From NCBI GenBank assembly GCA_038207395.1, contig JBBQZW010000003.1:18131-82130 (forward strand): a stretch of DNA of 64,000 bases, read 5' to 3'. Below the pieces are notes generated by a model, which did no database searches, was not told the origin of the DNA, and was given only the letters and a program-made list of their open reading frames with translations. This document shows, one piece after another, positions 47,550 to 57,842 of the stretch. The position numbers and the translations under genes were made by a program. This DNA comes from Minisyncoccia bacterium. GTDB taxonomy: Bacteria; Patescibacteriota; Minisyncoccia; Phycocordibacterales; Phycocordibacteraceae. Positions within the stretch are counted from its first letter, which is position 1; the number at the start of each line of letters is the position of its first letter.

Positions 47550-47904
47550 AATTACTTCACAAATTTTTTCCGCAGTGGTTATTATCCTGCTTTCTGTTTT
47601 ACTCCTTAATCCCTTGGGGCTTTGGATGCCTTCAATGATGCACACGGTGGCGCTCACGCTATTCCTTGTCGCATTCGCCGGATTTGTTGCCTTTGTTATG
47701 CAGGAGCGTGGAGGAGACGAGCGTGAAAGCGAACACCGAATGTTCTCCGGAAGAATTGCATTTCTTTCAGCTGCAGCAGTCGCAGTATGTGGCATTGCTT
47801 ACCAAGGAATTACGGGACACATCGACCCATGGCTCGTTGCTGCGCTTTGTGTGATGCTTATTGCAAAGATTGGAAGCCATCTGTACAGCGCTCGGTATCG
47901 ATAG
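47542..47904 (+). CDS. Membrane protein with DERE motif (DUF2178-like)
   Basis: Four TM segments, GDERE; overlaps the XRE gene end. Confidence 0.7.
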   Translation: MTKITSQIFSAVVIILLSVLLLNPLGLWMPSMMHTVALTLFLVAFAGFVAFVMQERGGDERESEHRMFSGRIAFLSAAAVAVCGIAYQGITGHIDPWLVAALCVMLIAKIGSHLYSARYR

Positions 47905-47994
47905 TCCTATAGTGTGGGGATAAGTGTGTAAAGTTTACTTTACATTTTTTGATACTCAGATAGCATAGAGGTATTACTTTATTTTGGTACTTCT

Positions 47995-49746
47995 ATGGCT
48001 CTTTTACTCATTTCATTTGCTGCAGGACTTCTTACCGTACTCGCTCCCTGTGTTCTTCCACTCCTTCCGGTAATTATCGGAGAATCAGTAAGTGGGGTTC
48101 CGAGTAAAAAACGAGCACTCGTAACGATAGCTTCGCTTGGTGCGTCACTTTTTGTATTTACCTTTCTCCTTAAAGTTTCAACGGTGCTTATTCATGTGCC
48201 GCTCGAGGCTCTTTCCATCTTTTCAGGAGTATTACTTATCGCATTTGGAGTATTCTCACTCTTTCCACAAATCTGGGAGCATATTGGCTTTCTCAATAAA
48301 ATAAATATCAACTCAAATAAAGTGATGGGGAAGGGTTTTATGAAGCAAACCTTGCTTGGTGATATTGTCGTTGGTGCTGCGCTCGGTCCCGTATTTTCAA
48401 GCTGTAGTCCAACGTACTTCCTTATCCTAGCAACCGTTCTCCCGGTGAGCCTTCTCACCGGCACGGTATACCTTCTCGTATATATTTTTGGGTTATGCCT
48501 CGCACTCTTCGCTATTGCACTGCTTGGACAGCGCTTGGTAGGGAAACTCGATGGTGCTTCAGATTCGCATGGATACTTTAAGCGCGCCCTTGGCGCGCTC
48601 TTCATCATTGTCGGTCTTCTTGTCATTACGGGCTACGACAAAAAAGTTGAAGCGTCTATCCTCGCACACATCGGTATATTTGATGTCACTCGCATTGAGC
48701 AGACACTACTCCAGTCGCAAGGCGGTACCACAAAATCAATTAACGGAACGACAATAAACATGCTTACTCCCGAACAAAAGGCCGCTACGTTCAAACGTGT
48801 TCCTGAACTCGTAACTCCCGATGGCTACCTAAATACTGAAGGAAAACCTATAACTATTGGTGAGTTGAAAGGTAAAAAAGTAGTGCTTGTTGATTTCTGG
48901 ACCTACAGCTGTATTAACTGTCAGCGAACAATTCCATATCTTAATGAGTGGTATGCAAAGTATAAAGATCAGGGTCTTGAAATCATTAGTATTCACACAC
49001 CTGAATTTGCCTTCGAGCATGATCCTAAGAATGTAGCAGATGCACTTGCACGTTTCGGTATCAAATATCCTGTTGCTCTTGATAACGAATATCAAACCTG
49101 GAATGCATTCGGGAATCAGTTCTGGCCGCACGAATACTTGGTTGATATTGATGGATACATAGTCTATGATCACATTGGAGAAGGGAAGTATGATGTCACA
49201 GAAAAAGCCATTCAAGCAGCACTTGCTGAGCGCGCTGAGCGCCTCGGGGAACGTGAGCAGACAATCGCTTCATCAACCGTGAGTATTGCTAATCCGAAAC
49301 TGAATGAAGTAGCAAGTCCCGAAACGTATTTTGGTTCAAGCAGGAATCAGAACATAGGTAACGGAACGCCCGGACAGGAAGGTACCCACACATACACTTT
49401 CCCGATGACCATAAAGCCAAATATGCTGTACTTGAAAGGAGAATGGACTATTGATCCTGAATTTGCGTCTTCAAATACAGTCAGTGCAGGAATAAAATTC
49501 TTATACTCAGCGCATGACGTGTACTTCGTCGCAAGTGCAGCTGCGCCCGTAACGCTTACCGTGCTTCGTGATGGAGTACCAGTGGGCTCATTTGCGGGAG
49601 CTGACGTAAACAAAACAACTTCAACCGTTACCGTTAAAGGCGAACGGTTATATCACCTAGTCCATGATGCATCGGCGAGTGCCCATACCATTGAAATCAA
49701 AGTACAGGGAGCGGGACTAAAAGCATATACTTTTACGTTTGGATAA
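47995..49746 (+). CDS. DipZ-like protein (CcdA + thioredoxin + C-terminal domain)
   Basis: LAPCVLP, SSCSP, DFWTYSCINC, SPETYFG. Confidence 0.9.
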   Translation: MALLLISFAAGLLTVLAPCVLPLLPVIIGESVSGVPSKKRALVTIASLGASLFVFTFLLKVSTVLIHVPLEALSIFSGVLLIAFGVFSLFPQIWEHIGFLNKININSNKVMGKGFMKQTLLGDIVVGAALGPVFSSCSPTYFLILATVLPVSLLTGTVYLLVYIFGLCLALFAIALLGQRLVGKLDGASDSHGYFKRALGALFIIVGLLVITGYDKKVEASILAHIGIFDVTRIEQTLLQSQGGTTKSINGTTINMLTPEQKAATFKRVPELVTPDGYLNTEGKPITIGELKGKKVVLVDFWTYSCINCQRTIPYLNEWYAKYKDQGLEIISIHTPEFAFEHDPKNVADALARFGIKYPVALDNEYQTWNAFGNQFWPHEYLVDIDGYIVYDHIGEGKYDVTEKAIQAALAERAERLGEREQTIASSTVSIANPKLNEVASPETYFGSSRNQNIGNGTPGQEGTHTYTFPMTIKPNMLYLKGEWTIDPEFASSNTVSAGIKFLYSAHDVYFVASAAAPVTLTVLRDGVPVGSFAGADVNKTTSTVTVKGERLYHLVHDASASAHTIEIKVQGAGLKAYTFTFG

Positions 49747-49875
49747 CTCCTTACCGTATATATCTGCACTCCATTTATTTATGAAATGAATACGTAGTGT
49801 AACTTGCGCTTTAACGATTGGCAGTGATATAGTCGTATACCGTCTATTGGGACGGGAGTTCAAAAGGGGGCAACG

Positions 49876-50067
49876 ATGCCGAAACGAAAGTCATTCAAAG
49901 ATACACCCGCCTCATCTCGCAACGGTGAGCAGGGCGCAAGCACTATCGAATATGGCATCATCTTGTTTCTTCTCGTCATCGCAATTGCTGCCACAATTCA
50001 CGGGGTACGTTCTCAGAATTCGAAATTCCACAACGATACGCTGAACTCAATGACTGCAGCGCAATAG
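49876..50067 (+). CDS. Flp-type pilin-like protein
   Basis: GASTIEYGIILFLLVIAI matches the G/xxxxEY prepilin motif. Confidence 0.75.
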   Translation: MPKRKSFKDTPASSRNGEQGASTIEYGIILFLLVIAIAATIHGVRSQNSKFHNDTLNSMTAAQ

Positions 50068-50138
50068 TGTGGCCTCTAACGACCTCGGATAGATATCAGG
50101 AAGCAGCACTGCTATCTGAATCGTCGAGGTCGTTTTTT

Positions 50139-50182
50139 ATACAAAACAAAAGCCCCGCACTATGTGCGGGGCTTTTGTTTTG
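50139..50182. terminator. Bidirectional terminator
   Basis: ACAAAACAAAAGCCCCGCAC-TAT-GTGCGGGGCTTTTGTTTTGT. Confidence 0.8.
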
Positions 50183-50193
50183 TAAGCGCTCAA

Positions 50194-50292
50194 CTAACCC
50201 TTCTTCGCGTACTGCGCCGCTTTGCGTGCCATTTTCACAGCAACACGAGCTTTCGTCTTACGCGTTTTGTTTGGATTATTCTTTGAACTCAC
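50194..50292 (-). CDS. Tiny basic peptide (32 aa)
   Basis: Manual translation from GTG: MSSKNNPNKTRKTKARVAVKMARKAAQYAKKG*; lies between the csp gene and the terminator. Confidence 0.5.
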   Translation of the reverse strand: MSSKNNPNKTRKTKARVAVKMARKAAQYAKKG

Positions 50293-50316
50293 ACCATGGC
50301 TATTCTTAACCATAGT

Positions 50317-50517
50317 TTAGATACGGCTAACCTTGATGGCGTTTGGTCCTTTTGGACTCTCACCTACTTCGAACTCGACTTTATCTCCTTCACGAAGATC
50401 ATCGAAGGCAACGCCTACGAGCTCGTTAGAGTGGAAGAAAAGATCCTTAGCGGCTCCTTCTACCTTGATAAAGCCAAAGCCCTTGTCGGTTAGGCTCTGA
50501 ATTGTTCCTTGCTGCAT
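50317..50517 (-). CDS. Cold-shock protein
   Basis: KGFGFI, DLFFH, GPNA. Confidence 0.95.
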   Translation of the reverse strand: MQQGTIQSLTDKGFGFIKVEGAAKDLFFHSNELVGVAFDDLREGDKVEFEVGESPKGPNAIKVSRI

Positions 50518-50685
50518 ATACGATGTATGTTTGTGTACTTGATAACTATCAAGTACAGGCTCTAAACTAGCTTTTCAGCTTTTTTAGAACGCTGTGAATT
50601 GATACACCTATTATGCCATACTTAATAAAAAACCGCCATACTTTCGCAGGCGGTAAAAGTTAGTATCCGGATAGGGAAGCGTGAA

Positions 50686-51210
50686 CTAGAAATCATCCAT
50701 GATAAGCATGATTACTGACTCTATACCTAGTTCCTTGCGCAGACGCTCGCGTCCAATCATGACGCGACGTTGAATCGTACCCATAGGAGTGCCGGTATTC
50801 CTAGAAATCTCCTTGCAGGTGAACCCTTCAATGCAAAATTGGTATAGCGCATCGGAAAAAATGTCCGGGAGCTCAGTTAGCGCTTTGACTACCTGCTGAA
50901 CAACTATCACTTGTTCTTGAGAAGCGTGCGTTGACGGAATGCTATCCAGATCTTCGCATTCATTGTTTATATGCATGCGTACGCTTTGCTTTTTACCAAC
51001 CCCAATATAAATATTGCGGAGAATCACCCGCACCCATAGGGGCAGGTTGGTGCCTTCGGTAAAGTTAGCTCGATACCGCACTGCGTTTTCCATGGTTTGT
51101 TGTACAAGATCACAGGAAATATCGACGTTACCTCGAGTAAGTCTGAGTCCATATCGCATAAGCGATGGATACAGACGGATTAGTTCTTGTTCATACGTAT
51201 CCATACGCAT
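50686..51210 (-). CDS. ECF sigma factor
   Basis: DLVQQT, F..GTNL..W...I.RN, KEIS...G.P.GT...R...GR..LR. Confidence 0.85.
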   Translation of the reverse strand: MRMDTYEQELIRLYPSLMRYGLRLTRGNVDISCDLVQQTMENAVRYRANFTEGTNLPLWVRVILRNIYIGVGKKQSVRMHINNECEDLDSIPSTHASQEQVIVVQQVVKALTELPDIFSDALYQFCIEGFTCKEISRNTGTPMGTIQRRVMIGRERLRKELGIESVIMLIMDDF

Positions 51211-51317
51211 TTCCTTTCTAAGTAAACTATACCACAATAAAAGAAATTATACAAATACTCGCACACTGTGCGTTTACTTTCATGGTATCAACAGATTCCG
51301 TACTATACTGTTGCTAT

Positions 51318-51656
51318 ATGATACTCACCCTTCTTCTTGGTTTTTTGCTCGGTGCTGCTGCAATTCTTTTTATTCTTCAGAACACGACCGTGGTAGCACT
51401 TACCTTTCTTAGTTACCAGTTCGAAACGTCTATAGCAGTTCTCGTCATCCTTGCGATACTTGTAGGAATTCTTCTCACCCTTCTTCTGACCCTTCCCGGA
51501 GCCATAGGGAACACCTTCGCAATGCGAAAACTTCGTAAGAATAATGAGACACTTGCCCGTGAAGCAGAAATACATAAGCAGCTAGCTGATGCAGCAAAAG
51601 AACGTCTTATCAATGCACAAACGCCTCGCCCTGACGTAATAGATCTGACTACCTAA
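51318..51656 (+). CDS. LapA domain membrane protein
   Basis: FILQNTTVVALTFL..QFE.S. Confidence 0.75.
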   Translation: MILTLLLGFLLGAAAILFILQNTTVVALTFLSYQFETSIAVLVILAILVGILLTLLLTLPGAIGNTFAMRKLRKNNETLAREAEIHKQLADAAKERLINAQTPRPDVIDLTT

Positions 51657-51722
51657 AATAAAAACCACGTAGTGGATTGGGGTCCACTACGTGGCAAAGG
51701 GATAGAACTTTGTGACATACTA

Positions 51723-51893
51723 CTAATGCCCAACATGCCATTTATGGCAGTAAGGGCACCTATACTCATGAACACCGTTATTCATACGCCGGGCTTCGCG
51801 TGCCGCATTTGACTTGGTCATATGCTTCACTTTACGCCAGCAGGTGCGGTGTCGACGCCAGAAAAAACGATATATAGAACGTACTAAATTCAT
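51723..51893 (-). CDS. Small zinc-binding protein
   Basis: C..K..H....A......YRCPYCHKWHVGH. Confidence 0.65.
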   Translation of the reverse strand: MNLVRSIYRFFWRRHRTCWRKVKHMTKSNAAREARRMNNGVHEYRCPYCHKWHVGH

Positions 51894-52009
51894 GTCGTTT
51901 CCTTGTGCTGATAGAACGTATCGTTCGTACCTATGCAAAATTATAAACTAATGATATGATAAGTCAATACTCTTTCGGCCGTACGGCTGTAGTGTAACCT
52001 ACCTTATCT

Positions 52010-53479
52010 ATGAAAAAAATACTTATTTCTGGTACTTTCGTGGCACTCGGATTTCTACTTACCAGCCCGCTCTCTGCGGCAGCTCAGACACGCGACTACC
52101 AATATTCATATACAAACTCAAATACGGGGACTTGTGTGGTCTTTACTCAGTTTCTTGCCTTTGGTTCCCGAGATACTTTTAGTAGCGGGGAAGTCACCTC
52201 GCTTCAACAGTTCTTGAATCGTACCAACTACCTTAAGGGTATTACTGGCTACTACGATCAAGGTACCGTGGGCGCCGTAACAAACTACCAGCGTGAACGC
52301 GGTATTACCCCCACAGGAACTCTGGGGCCCGTAACTCGTTCAAGTATTACTCAGGAGACTTGTAATGGTGCGTATTCCGGAACGAACCCTACCACCTACG
52401 GGAACCCTACTTTTGGAAATAACTCGGGAAATTCTCGAGCCTATATCTCCTCACTTTCAAACACGTCAGGGACTCCTGGTTCAGCTATAACGATATACGG
52501 AAACGACCTCTCAAACGGGAATCCAACACTGTACTTCGATGGTTCGACAATACCTTTGTCCTATTCATCAAATAACGGAGTTACCTTTACCGTTCCCTAT
52601 CTTTCCTCAGGAACGTATCAGCTCTACCTGCGCACCTCAAATGGTTCAAGCAACTCAGTAAGCTTCACCATACTAAGACAATCATCAGATAGTTCTAATT
52701 GTTACTATTCCAGCAACAATCAGTGTGGCTGTAACAGCACGAATTACTCCAGTGGTACCAACAATACGTACTACTACAATTATTCCAATTCGAATTCTAA
52801 TTCATATTCAAACTGCACCACCAGCTACAACAACACAAATAGTTACCCCTATTACAACAACTCAGGCACGATATACGGCACCAATGACCAGCCACGCATC
52901 TCAAGCATATCTGGCGGTACCTCAGCTTCAACAGGCTCGCTTAGTTCGTGGTCTGTTACTGCATACAGTCAAACTAATCAGTCAGTGATTGTGAGTGTTG
53001 ATTGGGGCGATGGTAGTTCGCAAGACAACAACAATCAATACAATGGGACGTACTCAAATACTGGCCAGCAGACATACTCATTCTCACATCGTTACCTAAA
53101 TCCGGGAACATACACTATGCGATTCACCGCCACGGACAACCAAGGAAGATATGCATATTCAACGCAGCAAGTGTCCGTCTATGGTAACTACAGTACTAAT
53201 TACAACTACACTACCTATTACGGTTCAAATGGTACACCGAACATCTCATACGTCTCACCATCAACTGCTACGCGTGGTTCAACTATTGTAATTTACGGAT
53301 CAAACTTTAGTTCGAATAATACCGTACAGTTTGGAAATTCCACCTACAACGTAGGCTCATTTAATAACGGAACAGCAATCAGTTTCGTTCTTCCATATAT
53401 TGGAACAGGTACCTATGACATCTCTGTACGAAATGGAAATGGTCAGATAAGTAATTCGTTTACGGTCTACGTGCAGTAA
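52010..53479 (+). CDS. Secreted protein with peptidoglycan-binding, IPT/TIG and PKD-like domains
   Basis: EVTSLQQFL..TGYY, GSAITIYG, VDWGDGS, GSTIVIYGSNF; Asn/Ser/Tyr-rich. Confidence 0.82.
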   Translation: MKKILISGTFVALGFLLTSPLSAAAQTRDYQYSYTNSNTGTCVVFTQFLAFGSRDTFSSGEVTSLQQFLNRTNYLKGITGYYDQGTVGAVTNYQRERGITPTGTLGPVTRSSITQETCNGAYSGTNPTTYGNPTFGNNSGNSRAYISSLSNTSGTPGSAITIYGNDLSNGNPTLYFDGSTIPLSYSSNNGVTFTVPYLSSGTYQLYLRTSNGSSNSVSFTILRQSSDSSNCYYSSNNQCGCNSTNYSSGTNNTYYYNYSNSNSNSYSNCTTSYNNTNSYPYYNNSGTIYGTNDQPRISSISGGTSASTGSLSSWSVTAYSQTNQSVIVSVDWGDGSSQDNNNQYNGTYSNTGQQTYSFSHRYLNPGTYTMRFTATDNQGRYAYSTQQVSVYGNYSTNYNYTTYYGSNGTPNISYVSPSTATRGSTIVIYGSNFSSNNTVQFGNSTYNVGSFNNGTAISFVLPYIGTGTYDISVRNGNGQISNSFTVYVQ

Positions 53480-54022
53480 TCAGGCTACAGAAAGAGTAGG
53501 GGAGTAGTACCTCCCTGACTAACGTGTGAAAACAAATAGATGCGCAGGGAAGTAGAACTTCCATAAAATTAGTGTCCTCAGGAAAGAGGTATATTCGGAC
53601 AAAACTTACTACGTCCGACTCTACGACCACATAGTAGAGCTTAGCTAGAGGTACTAAAAGGAAATAATGCGAAGTAAGTACCGAGATGAAAAACAGCCCA
53701 CTCTTTGGCTTTTACGTAGACTATATTCGTAAAAGATACATTGTGCGAAGTATAACTCGTCTCACCCAGAGGCCTAAATTCACTAAAATTAGTCGTTTTA
53801 TGTAGGGCTATGTGTACTCCTCTTCCCTGTCTGTAGACGTGCAAATACATATCGCTGACCTGGGTGTGGTTCGACGTAATTGATGCCAAAATTATTTATA
53901 CGAAAAAATGAGAAAGCCAAGCCCTTCCCCGATATGCAAAAAAGCACCCGGGGGAGTGCTTTTTTGCATACTCGAGAAGGGCTCACTTCCCTGTCCTGAA
54001 CACTACACACCCTCCAGTATTC

Positions 54023-54859
54023 TTATGTATTTGTGGCTTTCATAATGTATTCGTACGCCTCATCCACTGAATCAACGACACGGTATAGGTCAAGATCAGC
54101 TTTTTGAATGGCACCATACTCATTCAATAGTTTGTTTTCAAAGATAGCAGTATAGGGCTCCCAGTACTCGCGACCATACAGTACGATCGGAATGCGACGA
54201 ATCTTTTTTGTCTGTACGAGCGTAAGAATTTCAGAAAACTCGTCGAGTGTACCGAATCCTCCAGGAAAATAAATATAAACTTCAGATGCAAACGTAAGCA
54301 TTACTTTACGTACGAAGAAATGCTCGAAGGTCATTGAGTCAGTAAGATATTTATTTAGTCCCTGCGAATCGTCCAGACGGATATTGAGGCCTATAGATGC
54401 ACCTCCCGCTTCAAAGGCTCCTTTATTAGCAGCTTCCATAATGCCGGCAGATCCGCCCGTAATGACTGCAAAGCCAGCCTTTGCAAGTTTCCCCGCTAAT
54501 GCCGTTGCATCTTCGTAATAATGAGTCGCGAATGACTGGCGGGCAGAACCAAAGAAACTTGCGGCAAGTCCGTACTTCCGCAGAATCTCAAACCCTTCAA
54601 CAAACTCAGACATGATCTTGAATACGCGCCAACTCTCAAGCTCGCTTGGCTTACGTACCATGGCGTCAGGTGCGTGCGGTACTTCCTGCTTTCCTTTCTG
54701 AATAGCCTGCGTAAGAACCTGCCCCATTGCTTCATGATGTTCAGGCGCTGCAGAGTTAGCTGAAGCTGGTGTAGCAGAGGGTGCTGTCACTTCTATGCCG
54801 CACATCCCTTCCCCGTTCGTTGATCCTCCTAATTCATCTGCTACATTTCGCTCGTCCAT
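54023..54859 (-). CDS. LOG family protein (TIGR00730)
   Basis: FGSAR, ITGG..GIMEAANKGA, FPGGFGTLDE. Confidence 0.92.
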   Translation of the reverse strand: MDERNVADELGGSTNGEGMCGIEVTAPSATPASANSAAPEHHEAMGQVLTQAIQKGKQEVPHAPDAMVRKPSELESWRVFKIMSEFVEGFEILRKYGLAASFFGSARQSFATHYYEDATALAGKLAKAGFAVITGGSAGIMEAANKGAFEAGGASIGLNIRLDDSQGLNKYLTDSMTFEHFFVRKVMLTFASEVYIYFPGGFGTLDEFSEILTLVQTKKIRRIPIVLYGREYWEPYTAIFENKLLNEYGAIQKADLDLYRVVDSVDEAYEYIMKATNT

Positions 54860-55443
54860 GGAATTTCAAAAGTACTAAAGTCCGGTAATAATTTCTTAGT
54901 ATACGCTATGCGCGAGAAGCATTCGGCGTGGCAGAGTGCTCCCGTGAGCGCATTATGTGGTTTTGGCTCTCCGGGAAGCCCACAGTACTCCAGAATGAAG
55001 TCTAAGTTTATGGCAGTGCGGTGATTTGCTACCGGAGGCGTGAGACCACGTTTCATCATATGAAGCCAGCACAAAGGATGGGTATCAATAGTTCGGTGAG
55101 CGAATGGAGATTCTATCCCCGCTCTCATGCACGCGGCTTGAACAAATCCTAAATCAAAGGCTACATTTTGCGCCACCAAGGTTCGATTCTCTGGGCGGTC
55201 AGTGGCCCACGCAACAAAGTCACGAATGAGTTCAGCTTCGCTTTTCTTGCCGCCTGCGGCGGCAGTCTCTTCCCTACTGAACCCATTTATGGCAAGCGCA
55301 GCATCATTTATTTCAGCACCCTCCCACACACGACACTCATCATAAAACTGATTTCCAATGTCATCGGTATCCACGGCCCCAATAGAAAGAATTGAGCATC
55401 TGTTAGCATCAAGACCGCTTGTTTCAACATCGAGAGAAATCAT
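54841..55443 (-). CDS. DEDDh 3'-5' exonuclease
   Basis: LDVETSG, QNVAFD, IDT, HNAL. Confidence 0.88.
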   Translation of the reverse strand: MISLDVETSGLDANRCSILSIGAVDTDDIGNQFYDECRVWEGAEINDAALAINGFSREETAAAGGKKSEAELIRDFVAWATDRPENRTLVAQNVAFDLGFVQAACMRAGIESPFAHRTIDTHPLCWLHMMKRGLTPPVANHRTAINLDFILEYCGLPGEPKPHNALTGALCHAECFSRIAYTKKLLPDFSTFEIPWTSEM

Positions 55444-55516
55444 ACCTTCAGTATACCAGCCATCATATATATGATAGGTTTTGTTTAGTTTAAATTGATC
55501 TTATAGGGGATATGGC

Positions 55517-56074
55517 ATGGAATCCATTAAGCGATTCGCAAATGTTTTGAGCGGCATTATAGGACTCGTCGCACCATCACTTTTCGCGGTCATGGTATAC
55601 CTCGACCGCATTCCGCAAAACATCGCCACTTGGGGAATGATCTGCATCAATAACGTGATCGGTATCTATTTGGTTACCAAAGAAGGTAACGCCACACCGT
55701 ACATGCAGTGGGGTTGGCTTATTTCTTCAACCGGTGTATTTGTGGCCATCGTATGTGGTGCTAACCCGGTTCATTGGGGAGCAATAGAAACGTATTCACT
55801 GGCTGCCTGTGTACTTGCTATAGGCTTTCGCGTAGCACTTGGTGCTACAGCAGCACTTCTAGCGTACGTTTCGGCAGTGCTGATCTCGAGTCTTCCCCTC
55901 ATCATCGACTATTGGTATTTGCCGCAAGTGAATACCTGGTGGTTATGGGCAAGCACCGTTGTTTCATGCTCGCTCGCCATATTCGGTGCCAAAGAGCGTA
56001 CGGTTTCGTATGTACTCGTTCCAGGATTCATAGGAGTACTGAATGCGTTCATACTCTATTTGACCATTCGCTGA
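55517..56074 (+). CDS. Hypothetical multi-pass membrane protein
   Basis: Six or seven hydrophobic segments. Confidence 0.7.
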   Translation: MESIKRFANVLSGIIGLVAPSLFAVMVYLDRIPQNIATWGMICINNVIGIYLVTKEGNATPYMQWGWLISSTGVFVAIVCGANPVHWGAIETYSLAACVLAIGFRVALGATAALLAYVSAVLISSLPLIIDYWYLPQVNTWWLWASTVVSCSLAIFGAKERTVSYVLVPGFIGVLNAFILYLTIR

Positions 56075-56113
56075 CTCGCCTACGGAAAACTTTCCGCACG
56101 GTGAGTTTTCTGT

Positions 56114-56653
56114 TTACAATCCTTTGCAGTTTGCTGCAGGCTGATATCCCGCTGCTTCTGCTTCGGTTTTCGTCATGAACCAAACCTTGTTTGAATCTTT
56201 AATACGCTTAGCAGTGCCGCAGCTCGGAAGATAATATTTAGTTCCTGTCTTTGAGGCCACATACGTGCCATTCGGACTCAGCGCGGCCGCAGCGGCCGCG
56301 CTCTGGCTTGAGTGTATGGACGAAGGTTTTGCTGCTACTGTTTCAGGATCATCTTCCTGAGGCTTTGAGGGCAAAGACGCATCAGTTGACTGACTTCCCC
56401 ACGTACTCGTTCCCGCGCTCCCTGAAAGGACTGACGCTGGTAGTTGTTCAATCCAAAGACCGTCTTTTGGCGCGGTGTTCTGTTTTTGGACGAGAAGCCC
56501 CAGCCCCAGGCACAAAGTACCCGTAAGGAGAATAATGGCTAAAAATACGGGGGTTTGTGAGATGTCGAAAATAGGCCGTCGGGAGGTCCTGTCACTCTTC
56601 CCTGCCCCCGGATCTGCTCCCTTGTCCCACTCACGGCTCTCTGGTATAGTCAT
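56114..56653 (-). CDS. Membrane protein with C-terminal Ada-like metal-binding domain
   Basis: YVASKTGTKYYLPSC..AKRI...N.VWF....AEAAGY.PA.NC. Confidence 0.8.
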   Translation of the reverse strand: MTIPESREWDKGADPGAGKSDRTSRRPIFDISQTPVFLAIILLTGTLCLGLGLLVQKQNTAPKDGLWIEQLPASVLSGSAGTSTWGSQSTDASLPSKPQEDDPETVAAKPSSIHSSQSAAAAAALSPNGTYVASKTGTKYYLPSCGTAKRIKDSNKVWFMTKTEAEAAGYQPAANCKGL

Positions 56654-56674
56654 GGTACGTAAAGAATAACAGAT

Positions 56675-56956
56675 ATGGCACATACAAAAGCCGGTGGCTC
56701 GACACGAAATGGACGCGACTCTAACCCGAAGTACCTCGGAGTTAAGCTTTCTGACGGCTCAGCAGCACGTCCAGGAATGGTTATCGTCCGTCAGCGTGGT
56801 ACGAAGATCATGGCAGGAAAAAACGTAAAAGTTGGCAAGGATCATACGCTTTATGCGATGGTTACCGGCCTGGTTAGCTTCCGCGACAAGCGTAAGACTA
56901 ACTTCGATGGACGAGTTGTCCGCCGTAAGATGGTAGACGTAACTGCAGCAGCATAA
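56675..56956 (+). CDS. rpmA: 50S ribosomal protein bL27
   Basis: [31 protein letters not shown]. Confidence 0.97.
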   Translation: MAHTKAGGSTRNGRDSNPKYLGVKLSDGSAARPGMVIVRQRGTKIMAGKNVKVGKDHTLYAMVTGLVSFRDKRKTNFDGRVVRRKMVDVTAAA

Positions 56957-57042
56957 CTTCTTTCTAAGATTTTACTGAAGAAAAACCCGAGGTCATATGA
57001 CCTCGGGTTTTTCTTTTGCACATACCGTAAGTATCCAGTACT

Positions 57043-57303
57043 ATGCCAAAAGAAAGTATCTGGAGAAATGCAATGTTTGCAGCAAAGATGTCCTGTTCAT
57101 TTTGCAACAAGGACAGGAGTCAAGTGCGCAGTATTATCCAAGGAGGAGTGAACGGTAATAAGGTGTTCATTTGCGATAAATGTGTGTTTGTATGCACAAC
57201 GCAAATTGCAGACGAAGCCCAGGTGCTGAATATGACACCTGCAGAAAGAATAAGGTGGGAAGAACGTGTGGAGGCTTTGCAAGAACTTTATGCAAGATCC
57301 TAA
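57043..57303 (+). CDS. Stand-alone ClpX C4-type zinc finger protein
   Basis: CSFCNK....VR.II.G....FICDKCV..C. Confidence 0.8.
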   Translation: MPKESIWRNAMFAAKMSCSFCNKDRSQVRSIIQGGVNGNKVFICDKCVFVCTTQIADEAQVLNMTPAERIRWEERVEALQELYARS

Positions 57304-57360
57304 TAAATAAAAAGGGTCGTCACGAAGACGACCCTTTTACCTACCCAGACAGAAAAATAA

Positions 57361-57786
57361 TTACTCTGCTACGATAGAAATCTTTACTGAACCAAAATCA
57401 GCACCGTATGCTACCGGCACGTCAAACGTTCCAATCTCTTTGATTGGCTTCTCGAGGTGAATTGCATTTACCGGAAGCTCTGTAGCAGCTGCAATATCTT
57501 TTGCGTCTACGGCGTCATACAAATGACCCTGCTCGTTTGCTTTCTTGGTGATAGTTACTATTCCCTCAGAAAGGGCGGTAAGACGCTCGGAGATAAGTTT
57601 TGCGTGAATCTCACGCTCTACCTGTTCCTGATTGCTCATACCTTCTGCACGCTTCATTGCTGAAGGAGTGGCAAGCACGGCGAGTTTACGAGGAATAAGC
57701 AGGTTAACGGCGTGCCCGTCTGACACGTCAATAACGCTTCCTGCACGGCCCATATTTTTCACATCTTTAAGTAGTACAACTTTCAT
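57361..57786 (-). CDS. rplI: 50S ribosomal protein bL9
   Basis: MKVVLLKDVKNMGRAG..V.DG.A.N.LIP; PIKEIG. Confidence 0.93.
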   Translation of the reverse strand: MKVVLLKDVKNMGRAGSVIDVSDGHAVNLLIPRKLAVLATPSAMKRAEGMSNQEQVEREIHAKLISERLTALSEGIVTITKKANEQGHLYDAVDAKDIAAATELPVNAIHLEKPIKEIGTFDVPVAYGADFGSVKISIVAE

Positions 57787-57842
57787 ATAGCTACATCCTA
57801 CCTTTTTGGAGCATGGTGCGCAAATTACGCTATACTCCACGT

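Noticed and set aside
53641-54010. Minus-strand ORFs of 82 and 70 aa
   Set aside because: No motifs or clear translation signals; one crosses the long hairpin.
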